Source of the DNA: a virus
Lineage: Duplodnaviria; Caudoviricetes
Strand: one strand, 5' to 3'
Length of the DNA stretch: 41,074 nucleotides
IMG/VR virus record: IMGVR_UViG_3300030376_006036
Coordinates: 1 to 41,074 of that record
The stretch's first letter is position 1, and each line of letters begins with the position of its first letter. A program made the position numbers and the translations under genes. Shown one piece after another: positions 19,229-28,334 of the stretch. Below the pieces are notes generated by a model that was not told the DNA's origin, ran no database searches, and saw only the letters and a list, made by a program, of their open reading frames with translations.

Positions 19229-19294
19229 TATAGTTATTGGGAACTATAATAGAATTATTACATTCGATTACACCGTATAGGTAGGAACGGTGTA
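19229..19294 (-). promoter_or_regulatory. Two stem-loops in the 5' leader of the scaffold/capsid transcript
   Basis: TACACCGT/ACGGTGTA (19269-19276 with 19287-19294) and TATAGTT/AACTATA (19229-19235 with 19242-19248). Confidence 0.5.
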
Positions 19295-19309
19295 TTTAGT
19301 TTTGATATA

Positions 19310-19318
19310 TATAAATAT
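19310..19318 (-). promoter_or_regulatory. Putative late-promoter motif ATATTTATA
   Basis: TATAAATAT on the + strand upstream of the scaffold and capsid genes. Confidence 0.55.
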
Positions 19319-19324
19319 AAAGAA

Positions 19325-19552
19325 TTAAAATTTTCTATTCTTATTAGTGTAATCTTCTTCTAAAAGTTTGATTTTTTTCCAATGATTTCGTGCTTTTGCC
19401 TTATTTTTCATCTCTTTTTTAACGCTGGATGGCTTTTTGTAGTATTCTCTTTCCCTCAACTCATACAGAACACCGGCTTCTTTCACTTTTCTTTTGAATA
19501 TACTAATTGCTTTTTCGTAATTGTTATTCCTAACATTCACTTTTATTGACAT
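19325..19552 (-). CDS. rpsU: Phage-encoded 30S ribosomal protein bS21 (75 aa)
   Basis: IKVNVRNNNYEKAISIFKRKVKEAGVLYELREREYYKKPSSVKK matches the bS21 signature (V.V....E.A...FKR.....G...E.R.RE.Y.KPS). Basic, of typical length, with GAGGT upstream. Confidence 0.92.
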   Translation of the reverse strand: MSIKVNVRNNNYEKAISIFKRKVKEAGVLYELREREYYKKPSSVKKEMKNKAKARNHWKKIKLLEEDYTNKNRKF

Positions 19553-19561
19553 ATGAACCTC

Positions 19562-20182
19562 TTAGTCTTTTTCGTTTTTTGCCTTATAATTTCTGTCAAC
19601 ATAATTGAAGAAATCTTTCTTATCGTCAGCTGACATATCTCCTATGTCTTTGACATTAAATTTTTTCATTGCTTTTTTGAAGAATACTTTGTAATCATCC
19701 TCTTCTCTAAACATCATTTTACTGGCCTCATCCATATCTTCCGAATCTTCATTATCGTGACCTGGTATGTGAGTTTCACCTATTTCATAATATCTATTTA
19801 AAATATTACCCATATCTTCATATAAACCACCCATTCTTTGTTGTAGTGAATTTGCCTCATTAGCAACTTTACCAAATTGTTTAGATAGGTTTGTAAGTTC
19901 TTTCATATTACGACTAACCGTTACCTTATCAAAGACATCATCTGTTTCGGATAAAGTATGTTGAGCAGCACCTTCAGCAATTGAAGATAAGGTTTCTGCT
20001 ATACCTTTTAGACTATCCTTACCTGAGATAGCTTCTCCAAGTTTATTAAAACTATTTATCTGTGATACTAACTCTTTCACATTAATCTGTGGAGTGTCAT
20101 TTTGTTCTTTTACCCAAGGACTACGTGAAACAATACCACCTTGTGTTGTAGTTTCTTTTAATAAATCTTTTAACTTAATCAT
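19562..20182 (-). CDS. Hypothetical protein, probable internal head/core protein (206 aa)
   Basis: Leader MIKLKDLLKE, helical coiled-coil body, head-module context, AGGAG at 20193-20189. Confidence 0.7.
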   Translation of the reverse strand: MIKLKDLLKETTTQGGIVSRSPWVKEQNDTPQINVKELVSQINSFNKLGEAISGKDSLKGIAETLSSIAEGAAQHTLSETDDVFDKVTVSRNMKELTNLSKQFGKVANEANSLQQRMGGLYEDMGNILNRYYEIGETHIPGHDNEDSEDMDEASKMMFREEDDYKVFFKKAMKKFNVKDIGDMSADDKKDFFNYVDRNYKAKNEKD

Positions 20183-20197
20183 AATATTCTCCTTAGA

Positions 20198-20206
20198 TAT
20201 AAATAT
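20198..20206 (-). promoter_or_regulatory. Putative late-promoter motif ATATTTATA
   Basis: TATAAATAT on the + strand in a 26-nt gap; it would drive the 206-aa gene and bS21. Confidence 0.55.
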
Positions 20207-20208
20207 AT

Positions 20209-21114
20209 CTATTTCACAAATTTAAATGCAATTGACTGCATTTTTAATATTGGTAATTTTGCAAATTTCTTTTTATTAGTATTGTTAATAGCGTCATATA
20301 CTTGAATTATAGCAGATGCAGAAAATCCATCCATTCTCATTTTTCTCTTTGTCACAGGATCTTTAATCACTTGATTCTGTTTATTCTTAACTACATCTCT
20401 AATTTTTGCTATGACATCCGGATCTTTTACCTCATTTACATTATCTTTGATTGGATTGGAGGCTTTTACTCTTGCTGAAAACTCAACAAAATATCTCTTA
20501 TATAATTTCATTATCTCTAAAGCCTTCTTTCTATCCCTTTTTGCGACCTCAGTTTTTATAACATCCTTAATAATTTTATCAGCTCTATTTAACGCAATTT
20601 CAAGTTGTAATGCAATAACTTGATCTGATGTTAATTCATCTAATCTATTTTCGTGTAAATAGTATTTTTTTCTTCTTAATAAATCGTCTGTTGATAAATC
20701 TTTATCTATGAAATCGTCTGGTGCTTCATTTACACCCTCTCTCTTCTTAAATCTATCTTTAATTCTTTGAAATAAACTTTTTGCTTTCTTATGTGTTGAG
20801 GGATCTTTTTTGGCATAAGAAGATTGTCGTGCGGTATTTACAGAAACTTTGTTACCACTTTTTGCTTGAACCACCATTCTTTGTGCAGCAGCAATAGCAG
20901 CAGGATTTTCATTCAATATTGAATCATATAATTCTTTAATCTTATTAGGTAACTCATCATGTTTAGTAGCTGCGTATTTCTTTACTGACTTTTTAGTCAT
21001 TGATTTTGCAGCTTTCTGAGCAGCTTTTGAAAACTTACTAGCGGGTACATCACCCTTCTGTATCGACCTAACGATACCCATAAACTTTTGTTGTTGTTTG
21101 GAAGCTGCTGGCAC
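20209..21114 (-). CDS. Multi-module basic protein with DUF3008-like N-terminus (301 aa), probable internal head protein
   Basis: GTG start. MPAASKQQQKFMG...AAKSMTKKSVKKYAATKHDELP resembles DUF3008. Modules are separated by LNE and VNE sites. Confidence 0.65.
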   Translation of the reverse strand: MPAASKQQQKFMGIVRSIQKGDVPASKFSKAAQKAAKSMTKKSVKKYAATKHDELPNKIKELYDSILNENPAAIAAAQRMVVQAKSGNKVSVNTARQSSYAKKDPSTHKKAKSLFQRIKDRFKKREGVNEAPDDFIDKDLSTDDLLRRKKYYLHENRLDELTSDQVIALQLEIALNRADKIIKDVIKTEVAKRDRKKALEIMKLYKRYFVEFSARVKASNPIKDNVNEVKDPDVIAKIRDVVKNKQNQVIKDPVTKRKMRMDGFSASAIIQVYDAINNTNKKKFAKLPILKMQSIAFKFVK

Positions 21115-21117
21115 TTT

Positions 21118-21720
21118 CTATCCCCTCATTATATCGTTGATTACTGACTCTACCTTCCCATACTTACTATCACGAACAGGTGTGTTTTTATCAATACTTT
21201 CATTCATTGGATGAAGAAAAGCACCGTGTGTGGATGGGTTAGATACAAAATCAAAAGCAATTAATTCAAAGTCATCACCAACCTCTTGTGCACCATTCTC
21301 ATTCATCGGTTCTACAGAACCCATACCACGAGAAGAAATACCCAATTTTATTCCGTTTTTGAATAACTCTCTCAAAATGTTACCGCTTGGCGTTGTAAGT
21401 ATTTCTACTGTGCCTACTAAATCATCTCCATTAAATGCCATCTCTGTAATATTATGAGATACATTCTGTAGGTTAACAACAGATGATTCAGGATGGTCTA
21501 ACTCACCCATAGCTCTTTTCTGTTTTACGAAACCTTCGGAATACTTATTAGCCTCCCTCATTAGAATTTCTTTTGGATATACCCTACCATTTTGGTTTTT
21601 GGTATCTGCTCTTTGTAGGATACCTCTGACAACGAGTTTACCATTGTTCTCTTTCATAGCCTCATTTATTTGGTCAGGCCCTACTTCAAATGGTAGGTAA
21701 TCTACTATTAATTGTTTCAT
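21118..21720 (-). CDS. Prohead core protease, T4 gp21-like (200 aa)
   Basis: Motifs GILQRADTKNQNGRVYP, AMGELDHP, VSH, GISSRGMGS and DFVSNPS. Confidence 0.95.
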   Translation of the reverse strand: MKQLIVDYLPFEVGPDQINEAMKENNGKLVVRGILQRADTKNQNGRVYPKEILMREANKYSEGFVKQKRAMGELDHPESSVVNLQNVSHNITEMAFNGDDLVGTVEILTTPSGNILRELFKNGIKLGISSRGMGSVEPMNENGAQEVGDDFELIAFDFVSNPSTHGAFLHPMNESIDKNTPVRDSKYGKVESVINDIMRG

Positions 21721-22505
21721 TTTAGACTCCTAAATATTCTATCATAATTTTCTTTTAATATACGAGAATTAGGTTTTTTCTTTCCTTCTTTGATTGGTTT
21801 ATATGTTTTTCCATTGATTGTGATGGTTTCATCTTTACCTTTTACAATAGAATTTGCATAATCTCCCAAATCTGCCAAGGTTTCATCACCTTCACCATCC
21901 ATAGCTTTTCTTATCTTATCATCTTTAGCTAGTTTTTGTGTAGCTTCAAGTGCTTCTTCTTTACTATCAAAGTAAATCACTTCATGCCCAATACCGACAT
22001 TTATTCCATACTCAATTTTACCACCATCTTCAAAAGCAGTTACAGTCATCGCATTATCAGGTTCATCCACATCTTTACCCATAAGTTCGGCGTACATCCC
22101 ATCATCTATTTCGGATGAAACTGAATTAACGTCTAAACCATTTAAATCCATACCTTCTAAAGAGCGAATGACATCATCATTTGCATCTGCTACATTGCTT
22201 TCATCTTCGTCATCATCGTCATCTTGTTTAAATAAGTAGTTAGGATCTTCTTCACGATCATCTCCACCATCCCTATCAAAATCACTACCGCCTAACTTAT
22301 CACCATCATCCTTTTCACTATCATCACCACCTTTTTCTTGTCCACTCATCTTATCCCATGCTTGCTTTGCTGGGTGTTCTTTATCCATCTTTTTGGCAGC
22401 ACCCGCAGTCATTTCCTGAGACTCGCCATCTTTATCTTTGTATTTGATGATTTTATCGTCATCAACTTCATTGATGTTTTTTGCAATTTCAAGTAGTGAT
22501 ATCAT
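21717..22505 (-). CDS. Acidic hypothetical protein (262 aa), probable head-associated
   Basis: Leader MISLLEIAKNINE, Asp-rich low-complexity middle, C-terminal ILKENYDRIF; overlaps the protease start (ATGA). Confidence 0.7.
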   Translation of the reverse strand: MISLLEIAKNINEVDDDKIIKYKDKDGESQEMTAGAAKKMDKEHPAKQAWDKMSGQEKGGDDSEKDDGDKLGGSDFDRDGGDDREEDPNYLFKQDDDDDEDESNVADANDDVIRSLEGMDLNGLDVNSVSSEIDDGMYAELMGKDVDEPDNAMTVTAFEDGGKIEYGINVGIGHEVIYFDSKEEALEATQKLAKDDKIRKAMDGEGDETLADLGDYANSIVKGKDETITINGKTYKPIKEGKKKPNSRILKENYDRIFRSLK

Positions 22506-22690
22506 TAGTCTTTCTCCATCATAATTTCTGTTTTAAGACTTTCCAATTGTTCTATCCATTGGCCAAGCCTTCTAATCATGTAATTCTTATCTACATCTTT
22601 TTTCTGTATTTCTACCTGCCATCTTTTTAGCAAAGTCGAAATACTAAAAAGCGTGTCCATATAGGACTTCTTCTTATCTTCAAACGGCAT
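22505..22690 (-). CDS. Small hypothetical protein (61 aa)
   Basis: GGAG upstream; TAATG coupling to the next gene. Confidence 0.65.
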   Translation of the reverse strand: MPFEDKKKSYMDTLFSISTLLKRWQVEIQKKDVDKNYMIRRLGQWIEQLESLKTEIMMEKD

Positions 22691-22701
22691 AGTGACTCCA
22701 G

Positions 22702-23331
22702 TTATTGTAACTGCCCTACTTTATTCGCTAGTTTTACTAACCTCTCACTTATTTTGTTTAAAGCCTTATGTGTATTTTTCCAATATGACCTAGAATCTAC
22801 ATTTAGTTCATTTTTTAAACGTACATTCATCTTTACTAATCTATTAAGTTCATTGAGAGAATCTCTTATCTCTCTCATCGAACGTCCAATTTTTTGTTTC
22901 GGAGTCATTGACTCGTCATTTCTATAATCGTGATACTTTCCTTCATTTACAGATTCACTAACATTATCAAAAGCTCTATTTATGTATTCCATAGTGCTAT
23001 AAACTTTCAAATTAAAATCTTGTCTAGCTTTTTCGTTATTACCTCGTTTATGAAGTGAAAATACATTTTGTAATTGTTTGTTAGCTAACTTTAACAAAAG
23101 ACCTACTTGTCCTTGTTTAGCCATCTGTGGAGTTTCATTTAGAGCTTCCTTAACTACATCATATCCAGTTGAATTGGTAGAAATTTTCTTTTTCTTTTTC
23201 TTACCTTTAGCAGATTTGCCAGTAAAAGCATATGGTGTCTGATATCCAGGTGTAGCAGCAGAAGTAGAAGCTTCATCAAGCTCATCCTTAATTATTTCTC
23301 TTATGAACTCTTTGAGTTTATCTAACGACAT
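22702..23331 (-). CDS. Hypothetical protein (209 aa), probable internal head protein
   Basis: Leader LKEFIREIIKDELDE, then ASTSAATPGYQTPYAF; LNE and VNE sites; C-terminal coiled coil. Confidence 0.7.
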   Translation of the reverse strand: MSLDKLKEFIREIIKDELDEASTSAATPGYQTPYAFTGKSAKGKKKKKKISTNSTGYDVVKEALNETPQMAKQGQVGLLLKLANKQLQNVFSLHKRGNNEKARQDFNLKVYSTMEYINRAFDNVSESVNEGKYHDYRNDESMTPKQKIGRSMREIRDSLNELNRLVKMNVRLKNELNVDSRSYWKNTHKALNKISERLVKLANKVGQLQ

Positions 23332-24175
23332 CCTTTAGCTCCTTCACTAATTGATAATATCTCATAAGGGAAACAACCTGATTATCCTCAACAATCTTTC
23401 CTTTCAAAAGATTTTTGATTTGATTAATCGCTTCTTTTAATTTTATTTTTGTAACCTTATCATCTATCTCCGGTAAAAACGATTGGAGTTCTTTTTTTAT
23501 CTCAATAGATTCCTTTTCGATAAATTCCTTTAAAGAATTTGTATTAGAAATGTTGTAGATGTACTTTTTGAGTAAACTTCTTTGATTTTCACTAAGTGTC
23601 TTATACTTTTTATTGAACTTTTCAACTAAAACCGTATAGGTAAGTAGTCTCAAATCCTTTTCTTGCTTTTTATAAGATTCTATAACATTAGTTCCCTTTC
23701 TCTTTTTATTACTAGATTTGGATATAATGTTTTCTATTATAGTAAATCTACTTTCAGTTTCTATTTTCGGATCTGAAATATGAATGGACTCAAAAAGCTT
23801 ATAAATTGAAGCATGTACTTTATAGTTTGGAATTCGTGCTCTAAAAAAATCATTTACATCGTAATTATTTTTGATTTCTTTAACTAAATTATATTTTTCG
23901 TTTTTCAACTGTTTTTTATTAATTTTTTTATAAGTTTTAACAACAGCTTCTATTAAGTGATTAGCTTTACTATCGTTGCTATACTTTTCTGTGTTAAGGA
24001 TTTTATATAATTCATACTCTTTACCTAATTGAGTGCTAGGTGAGAAGAATTTTTTTAACATAATAACTGCGTCTCCATCGTTATCATTGAGGACATCAAC
24101 GGTTATCTGTCTCGTTAGTAGCTCAAAAAGAATACCTGTATTCTTAATCTTTGAGTGTTTTATTTTTGTATTCAT
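23318..24175 (-). CDS. Hypothetical protein adjacent to portal (285 aa)
   Basis: Long Lys-rich helical ORF beginning KIKHSKIKNTGILFELL; GGAG upstream. Confidence 0.8.
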   Translation of the reverse strand: MNTKIKHSKIKNTGILFELLTRQITVDVLNDNDGDAVIMLKKFFSPSTQLGKEYELYKILNTEKYSNDSKANHLIEAVVKTYKKINKKQLKNEKYNLVKEIKNNYDVNDFFRARIPNYKVHASIYKLFESIHISDPKIETESRFTIIENIISKSSNKKRKGTNVIESYKKQEKDLRLLTYTVLVEKFNKKYKTLSENQRSLLKKYIYNISNTNSLKEFIEKESIEIKKELQSFLPEIDDKVTKIKLKEAINQIKNLLKGKIVEDNQVVSLMRYYQLVKELKDVVR

Positions 24176-24211
24176 TTACAAACTCCAATCGTTTCTATAT
24201 AATACTTCATA

Positions 24212-24220
24212 TATAAATAT
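24212..24220 (-). promoter_or_regulatory. Putative late-promoter motif ATATTTATA
   Basis: TATAAATAT on the + strand in the gap downstream of the portal gene. Confidence 0.55.
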
Positions 24221-24228
24221 AAGTGTTA

Positions 24229-26043
24229 TCAATTTTTATTAGTATTAAGAGAGTTAACTTCTGATTTATACTCTTTTTCAAGCTCACTACTCTCACTCAG
24301 AAGTGATTTTCCTGTATTTCCTAAGTGTTTCAATACATTTTCATATTTTGATAAAGATTGTGTACTATATGCTTTGTTCATATCATGTGCACCCAAAGGA
24401 TCTCTACCTCTAGCACCACTATCTTTGGAGTATTTATTTGCTTCTTTCGGACGTCCAGCACCATCAAAACCACCTTCAGGTGAACCACCCTCATCATTTA
24501 ATTCATGACCTGTTCTACCCATAGCTAAATCAGATGGTGTACCTTGGGATTGTCCACTTTTTGCTGGATCGTTACCTTCGGATTCAATCTGTTGTCTTCT
24601 GAACTTAGTCTTATAATCAAACACAATTTGTTTATCCATTTCTTTAATTTCTTCATCAGAAAATTTAAATACATTTTTGTATACCCATTCTGATGAAACT
24701 AATCCATCTCTGAGCATCGAATCAGCTAATGATGTTTTGTTATTCCATAATTCAATTTTTTCTTGTTCATAAATTGTAGATGGATTTGTCAAACTTAACT
24801 CAAAGTTTACTAAATCTTGGTCTCTAAATCCCTGTGCATATAAGTGAACTACTGCAATTTTTGATAATTCACTTGTAACTATTCTTTGTATTCTTTCTAT
24901 AGTCCTTGCAAATCTAACATCTTCAGCAGCTAATGTAGCTTTAGAACCTAACCCCTCTTCGTATCCTAAGAAAGCTTTTGGAACATGTAATGATGCAAGT
25001 AATTTATTCTTTAAATATTCGATATCATCTACTGCATCGTATGATAAACCACTTAAAGTATCTATATTTGTTCCACTATCTCCGCCTCTTACAGGTAAGA
25101 AAAAATCTTCTGTAAGGTTCTGTATATTGTATCTTAAATTATAATCACCTGTTTTAGAATCCATAACTGGTGCTTTTTTCATTTTATTCATAGCTTGTTG
25201 CATGTAATTATCAACTTCAGCCGGTGGAATATTTCCTATATCTAATTTAAACACCCTCTTCTCTGGTGCTCTCATTATCCTATGTATTAACATAGCATCT
25301 TCCATAAGAGTCATTTGTTTCCACACCTTTCTACCACCTTCTAGTATAGACCTTCCATAAGGAACATAGTTGGAATCTGATAGTAATCTGAAATGTGCAA
25401 CTTCATAGTTTTCAAACATGGTTGATTCCTTACCTTTAGCAGAGTGTCTTCCACTTTTACCGCCTGTTGATTGTGGAATGAATTCAAACTGAACTAGGTT
25501 GGGGTTTTCCATATCATGACCTTCATATCTAGCTGTATCATATGGTGATAAAGGCATTACATTGGTAACGCCGTATTTCTCATTTATATCTAATTTAAGA
25601 AAGAAGTCTCCGTACTTATTCATATTACGAATCCATGGCCAAAGATTAAATTCAATGTTAATTATATCGTAAAATAAGTTATGAAGTATGTCGTGAATAT
25701 TATCATTTGAAGTTTCTATTGATAAAACTTTACCATATTCATTTTTCATTGTTGATTCATCTGAATAGATATCTAACGCTGAAGCAATAATAGCATCAGA
25801 ATCCATAGATTCATAATCTCTGAACAGTCCCAATCGCATCTGCTGTACCTGTAATAATTCGTTATACCCATACTGTTGCATGTTAGAGTATAACTTCTGA
25901 AATCTATCAACAAGATTATTTTGAGTTACAGCTTGTAATTTTCCAGTATCAACAACTTTTAATTTTTTACCACCGACATTTCTAACAATCGCGTTAGTAG
26001 AAAATAATCTTTTCAATCTTCCTAAAAATGTTGTGTCTGCCAT
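24229..26043 (-). CDS. Portal protein, T4 gp20-like (604 aa)
   Basis: EDAMLIHRIMRAPEKRVFKLDIGNIPP, EDFFLPVRGG..GTNIDTLSG and DDIEYLKNKLLASLHVP are gp20 motifs; adjacent to terminase. Confidence 0.95.
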   Translation of the reverse strand: MADTTFLGRLKRLFSTNAIVRNVGGKKLKVVDTGKLQAVTQNNLVDRFQKLYSNMQQYGYNELLQVQQMRLGLFRDYESMDSDAIIASALDIYSDESTMKNEYGKVLSIETSNDNIHDILHNLFYDIINIEFNLWPWIRNMNKYGDFFLKLDINEKYGVTNVMPLSPYDTARYEGHDMENPNLVQFEFIPQSTGGKSGRHSAKGKESTMFENYEVAHFRLLSDSNYVPYGRSILEGGRKVWKQMTLMEDAMLIHRIMRAPEKRVFKLDIGNIPPAEVDNYMQQAMNKMKKAPVMDSKTGDYNLRYNIQNLTEDFFLPVRGGDSGTNIDTLSGLSYDAVDDIEYLKNKLLASLHVPKAFLGYEEGLGSKATLAAEDVRFARTIERIQRIVTSELSKIAVVHLYAQGFRDQDLVNFELSLTNPSTIYEQEKIELWNNKTSLADSMLRDGLVSSEWVYKNVFKFSDEEIKEMDKQIVFDYKTKFRRQQIESEGNDPAKSGQSQGTPSDLAMGRTGHELNDEGGSPEGGFDGAGRPKEANKYSKDSGARGRDPLGAHDMNKAYSTQSLSKYENVLKHLGNTGKSLLSESSELEKEYKSEVNSLNTNKN

Positions 26044-26053
26044 AGTTTATTCC

Positions 26054-27631
26054 TTATCCTAAGAGCCAATCTATTCTTTCTTTTTCACCATTAGGTCCCA
26101 CTTCAATTTCCCAAGTGTCTTTATTTTCCTGTGGTGTTTGGGGTAATAATTGTGTAGAAACTCCGCTTAATGTCTTCTTCTGTAAGTCAATGCCCTCTTG
26201 TCTCAATCTAAGAGCGGTATCTCTTACCCACAAACATATAGCAAAACTCATCACTAAATCATCATTATACCCTTGCATAGCTTCGGCTTTATTGTTGTTA
26301 TATATAAATACAAAAAGTTCATCAATTAATCGATTTGAACGAACAATTACTGACTTTTCTCTAAAATATTCTTCAAGTTTAGCAATTACTAATGGTCTTG
26401 TCTTCATTGTCATTGAAAAACCAGGTACCATATTTCTATCTTGAGTTCTATATCTATTATTAACTTGTTTTTCTGTATCAACATATTGTAAATCTTTACT
26501 TGTGTAAAAAAGGTTTTCATATCCTCTGTCTATCACCTGTTGTATTGTAGCCCAACCAATGTTATTATTTTCTATAACCAACAATGCATTGTTATACTCT
26601 GTGGCGACGTTGACTAACATATTACCAAAATCTTTTGTGGATAATCTACCTTTATATTCACCAACTTGCTCCATAGTCTCCACATCCATAACGTGAAATG
26701 CAGAGTAATCTGAGCCATCACCTCTACTTACATCCGCAGAAACTATATAATCTTTTGTATAGTTTGGTGATTGCCAAACCCAAAAATTACTATCCACTCC
26801 TCTTTTTTCCAAAGGGTTGTTTATATGAATTTCTTTATACTCTTCTAATATAATACCATCTATCACAGTTTGACCTGAAGTAATAAAGTCACAGTCACAT
26901 TCTTGAGCTGCTAATGACGGACCTAATAGTTTATCTTGTTCCTTTCTCCACTCATCATTTCTTTCTGGATGTAAGTTCCAATGTAGCTTAATCCAATTCC
27001 AATCATTTGTTCCATCTTCCGCATCAACCCAAGTTCTATGAAACCAATTTCCAACACCATTAGGTGTAGATAGTGCAATACATTGTCCACCAGTAGATAA
27101 TGTCTGTGAAGCAGCTGCCCATATCGGTTCAATCTTATCAATGAAAGCGGCCTCATCCAATATTAATAATGAAAGTGCCTCAGAACGACCAGAATCTTCT
27201 CCGCTTGAGACTGCTTTAATTTGTGAACCATTTTTGTATCTCAGAGATAATTTATTATCTTCAACACAATTTTGTTTCAACCAAGAGGGTAGGTTAGCAT
27301 GCATCACTCTTACCTTTGTCACTAAATTTTTTGCGGTATCTTGTTTGGTAGCAATTACCAATATATTTTTATCCTGTCCAAATGTCATCATCCATAAAGA
27401 GTATCCAGCAGTTAAAGTTGATAATCCTAACTGTCTTGCTTTTAATATCACATTAAATCTATGCTCCTCAAATGTATTCAAAGTATTTTCTTGAAAATCC
27501 CACAAGTGAAATGGTACTTTACCTTTCATTGGGTGCTGTACTACACAATACTTTTTTAAAAAGTATGATGGGTCTTGTGCACACTTTAAATATTCTTTTT
27601 TTATTACTTCTTTTAACGGAGCAGGTTTCAT
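26054..27631 (-). CDS. terL: Terminase large subunit, T4 gp17-like (about 525 aa)
   Basis: KARQLGLST (Walker A), LILDEAAF (Walker B), STPNG (coupling motif), ADVSRGDGSDYSA and DDLVM (RNase H-like nuclease). The start is placed at ATG 27631, which overlaps the upstream TAA, rather than the track's 27667. Confidence 0.96.
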   Translation of the reverse strand: MKPAPLKEVIKKEYLKCAQDPSYFLKKYCVVQHPMKGKVPFHLWDFQENTLNTFEEHRFNVILKARQLGLSTLTAGYSLWMMTFGQDKNILVIATKQDTAKNLVTKVRVMHANLPSWLKQNCVEDNKLSLRYKNGSQIKAVSSGEDSGRSEALSLLILDEAAFIDKIEPIWAAASQTLSTGGQCIALSTPNGVGNWFHRTWVDAEDGTNDWNWIKLHWNLHPERNDEWRKEQDKLLGPSLAAQECDCDFITSGQTVIDGIILEEYKEIHINNPLEKRGVDSNFWVWQSPNYTKDYIVSADVSRGDGSDYSAFHVMDVETMEQVGEYKGRLSTKDFGNMLVNVATEYNNALLVIENNNIGWATIQQVIDRGYENLFYTSKDLQYVDTEKQVNNRYRTQDRNMVPGFSMTMKTRPLVIAKLEEYFREKSVIVRSNRLIDELFVFIYNNNKAEAMQGYNDDLVMSFAICLWVRDTALRLRQEGIDLQKKTLSGVSTQLLPQTPQENKDTWEIEVGPNGEKERIDWLLG

Positions 27632-28026
27632 TATATCTTTCCTAAAATAAACCCAATACCTAACCAAAGATATGTATTTTCATACCATTTTGGTTCAAGT
27701 GTTTTAATAAGCTCTTCATTTGTCTTTTCACGTTCCTTCAATAAAGTGATTTGTTTACTCTTTGCTTCTGATAGGACTTTTTCTACTTCAGCATACTCTT
27801 CTAATTCTTCAATGAATTCATCAGTTTCAGAAAGCATAACTTTGTAATCCTCTATCAATGAATCTGCTTTAGCTAACTTACCTTCCCATTGTGCATCACG
27901 TGCTTTTAACATTTCTAATGCTTCATCGTATGTAAATGATGTTGGTTTCTTACCACCCTTTTTTATTTCTTGTCCATCTAATATAGATAATGCAAGAAAT
28001 GCTATTAAAAAATACCTCAACATCAT
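27631..28026 (-). CDS. Membrane-anchored coiled-coil protein (signal peptide plus C-terminal hydrophobic anchor)
   Basis: N-terminal RYFLIAFLALSIL, central coiled coil, C-terminal YLWLGIGFILGKI. Confidence 0.7.
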   Translation of the reverse strand: MMLRYFLIAFLALSILDGQEIKKGGKKPTSFTYDEALEMLKARDAQWEGKLAKADSLIEDYKVMLSETDEFIEELEEYAEVEKVLSEAKSKQITLLKEREKTNEELIKTLEPKWYENTYLWLGIGFILGKI

Positions 28027-28334
28027 TTACTCTTTGCGAATTTTCTTAAAAATTCTTCTGCTGATTCAACTTCATCATTTTCATAAACCTCTTCCATCTT
28101 TTTAGTTTTCTTTTTAGATATAGTTAATTTTCTTTTAATATTTCCTATCTCTCTTTTCGATGCTTTCTTTGCGGTTTCTAATTCTTTGATTTGTTTTTCA
28201 ACTTTCTTTTCTTCTTTTTTGTTTTCATCAATAACTTTTTTAAGTTTTTGAACTTCTTTACTCTTTACTTGCTTTGCAGCAAAAAGTCCACCGACTACTC
28301 CAAAAAATGCTAATATAACTTTCCAAAGCTTCAT
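28023..28334 (-). CDS. Membrane protein with N-terminal transmembrane helix and Lys-rich coiled coil (i-spanin-like topology)
   Basis: KVILAFFGVVGGLFAAK followed by a heptad-rich charged helix. Confidence 0.65.
   Translation of the reverse strand: MKLWKVILAFFGVVGGLFAAKQVKSKEVQKLKKVIDENKKEEKKVEKQIKELETAKKASKREIGNIKRKLTISKKKTKKMEEVYENDEVESAEEFLRKFAKSK

Noticed and set aside
19325-19552. rpsU as evidence that the window is bacterial chromosome
   Set aside because: It is flanked on both sides by T4-like head genes, with no bacterial neighbours such as dnaG or rpoD.
26923-27156. 77-aa minus-strand ORF inside terL
   Set aside because: An alternative frame within a conserved ATPase domain with no independent support.
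27632-27667. N-terminal extension MVRYWVYFRKDI of terminase in the ORF track
   Set aside because: It overlaps the upstream gene; the ATG at 27631 with TAATG coupling is the more plausible start.
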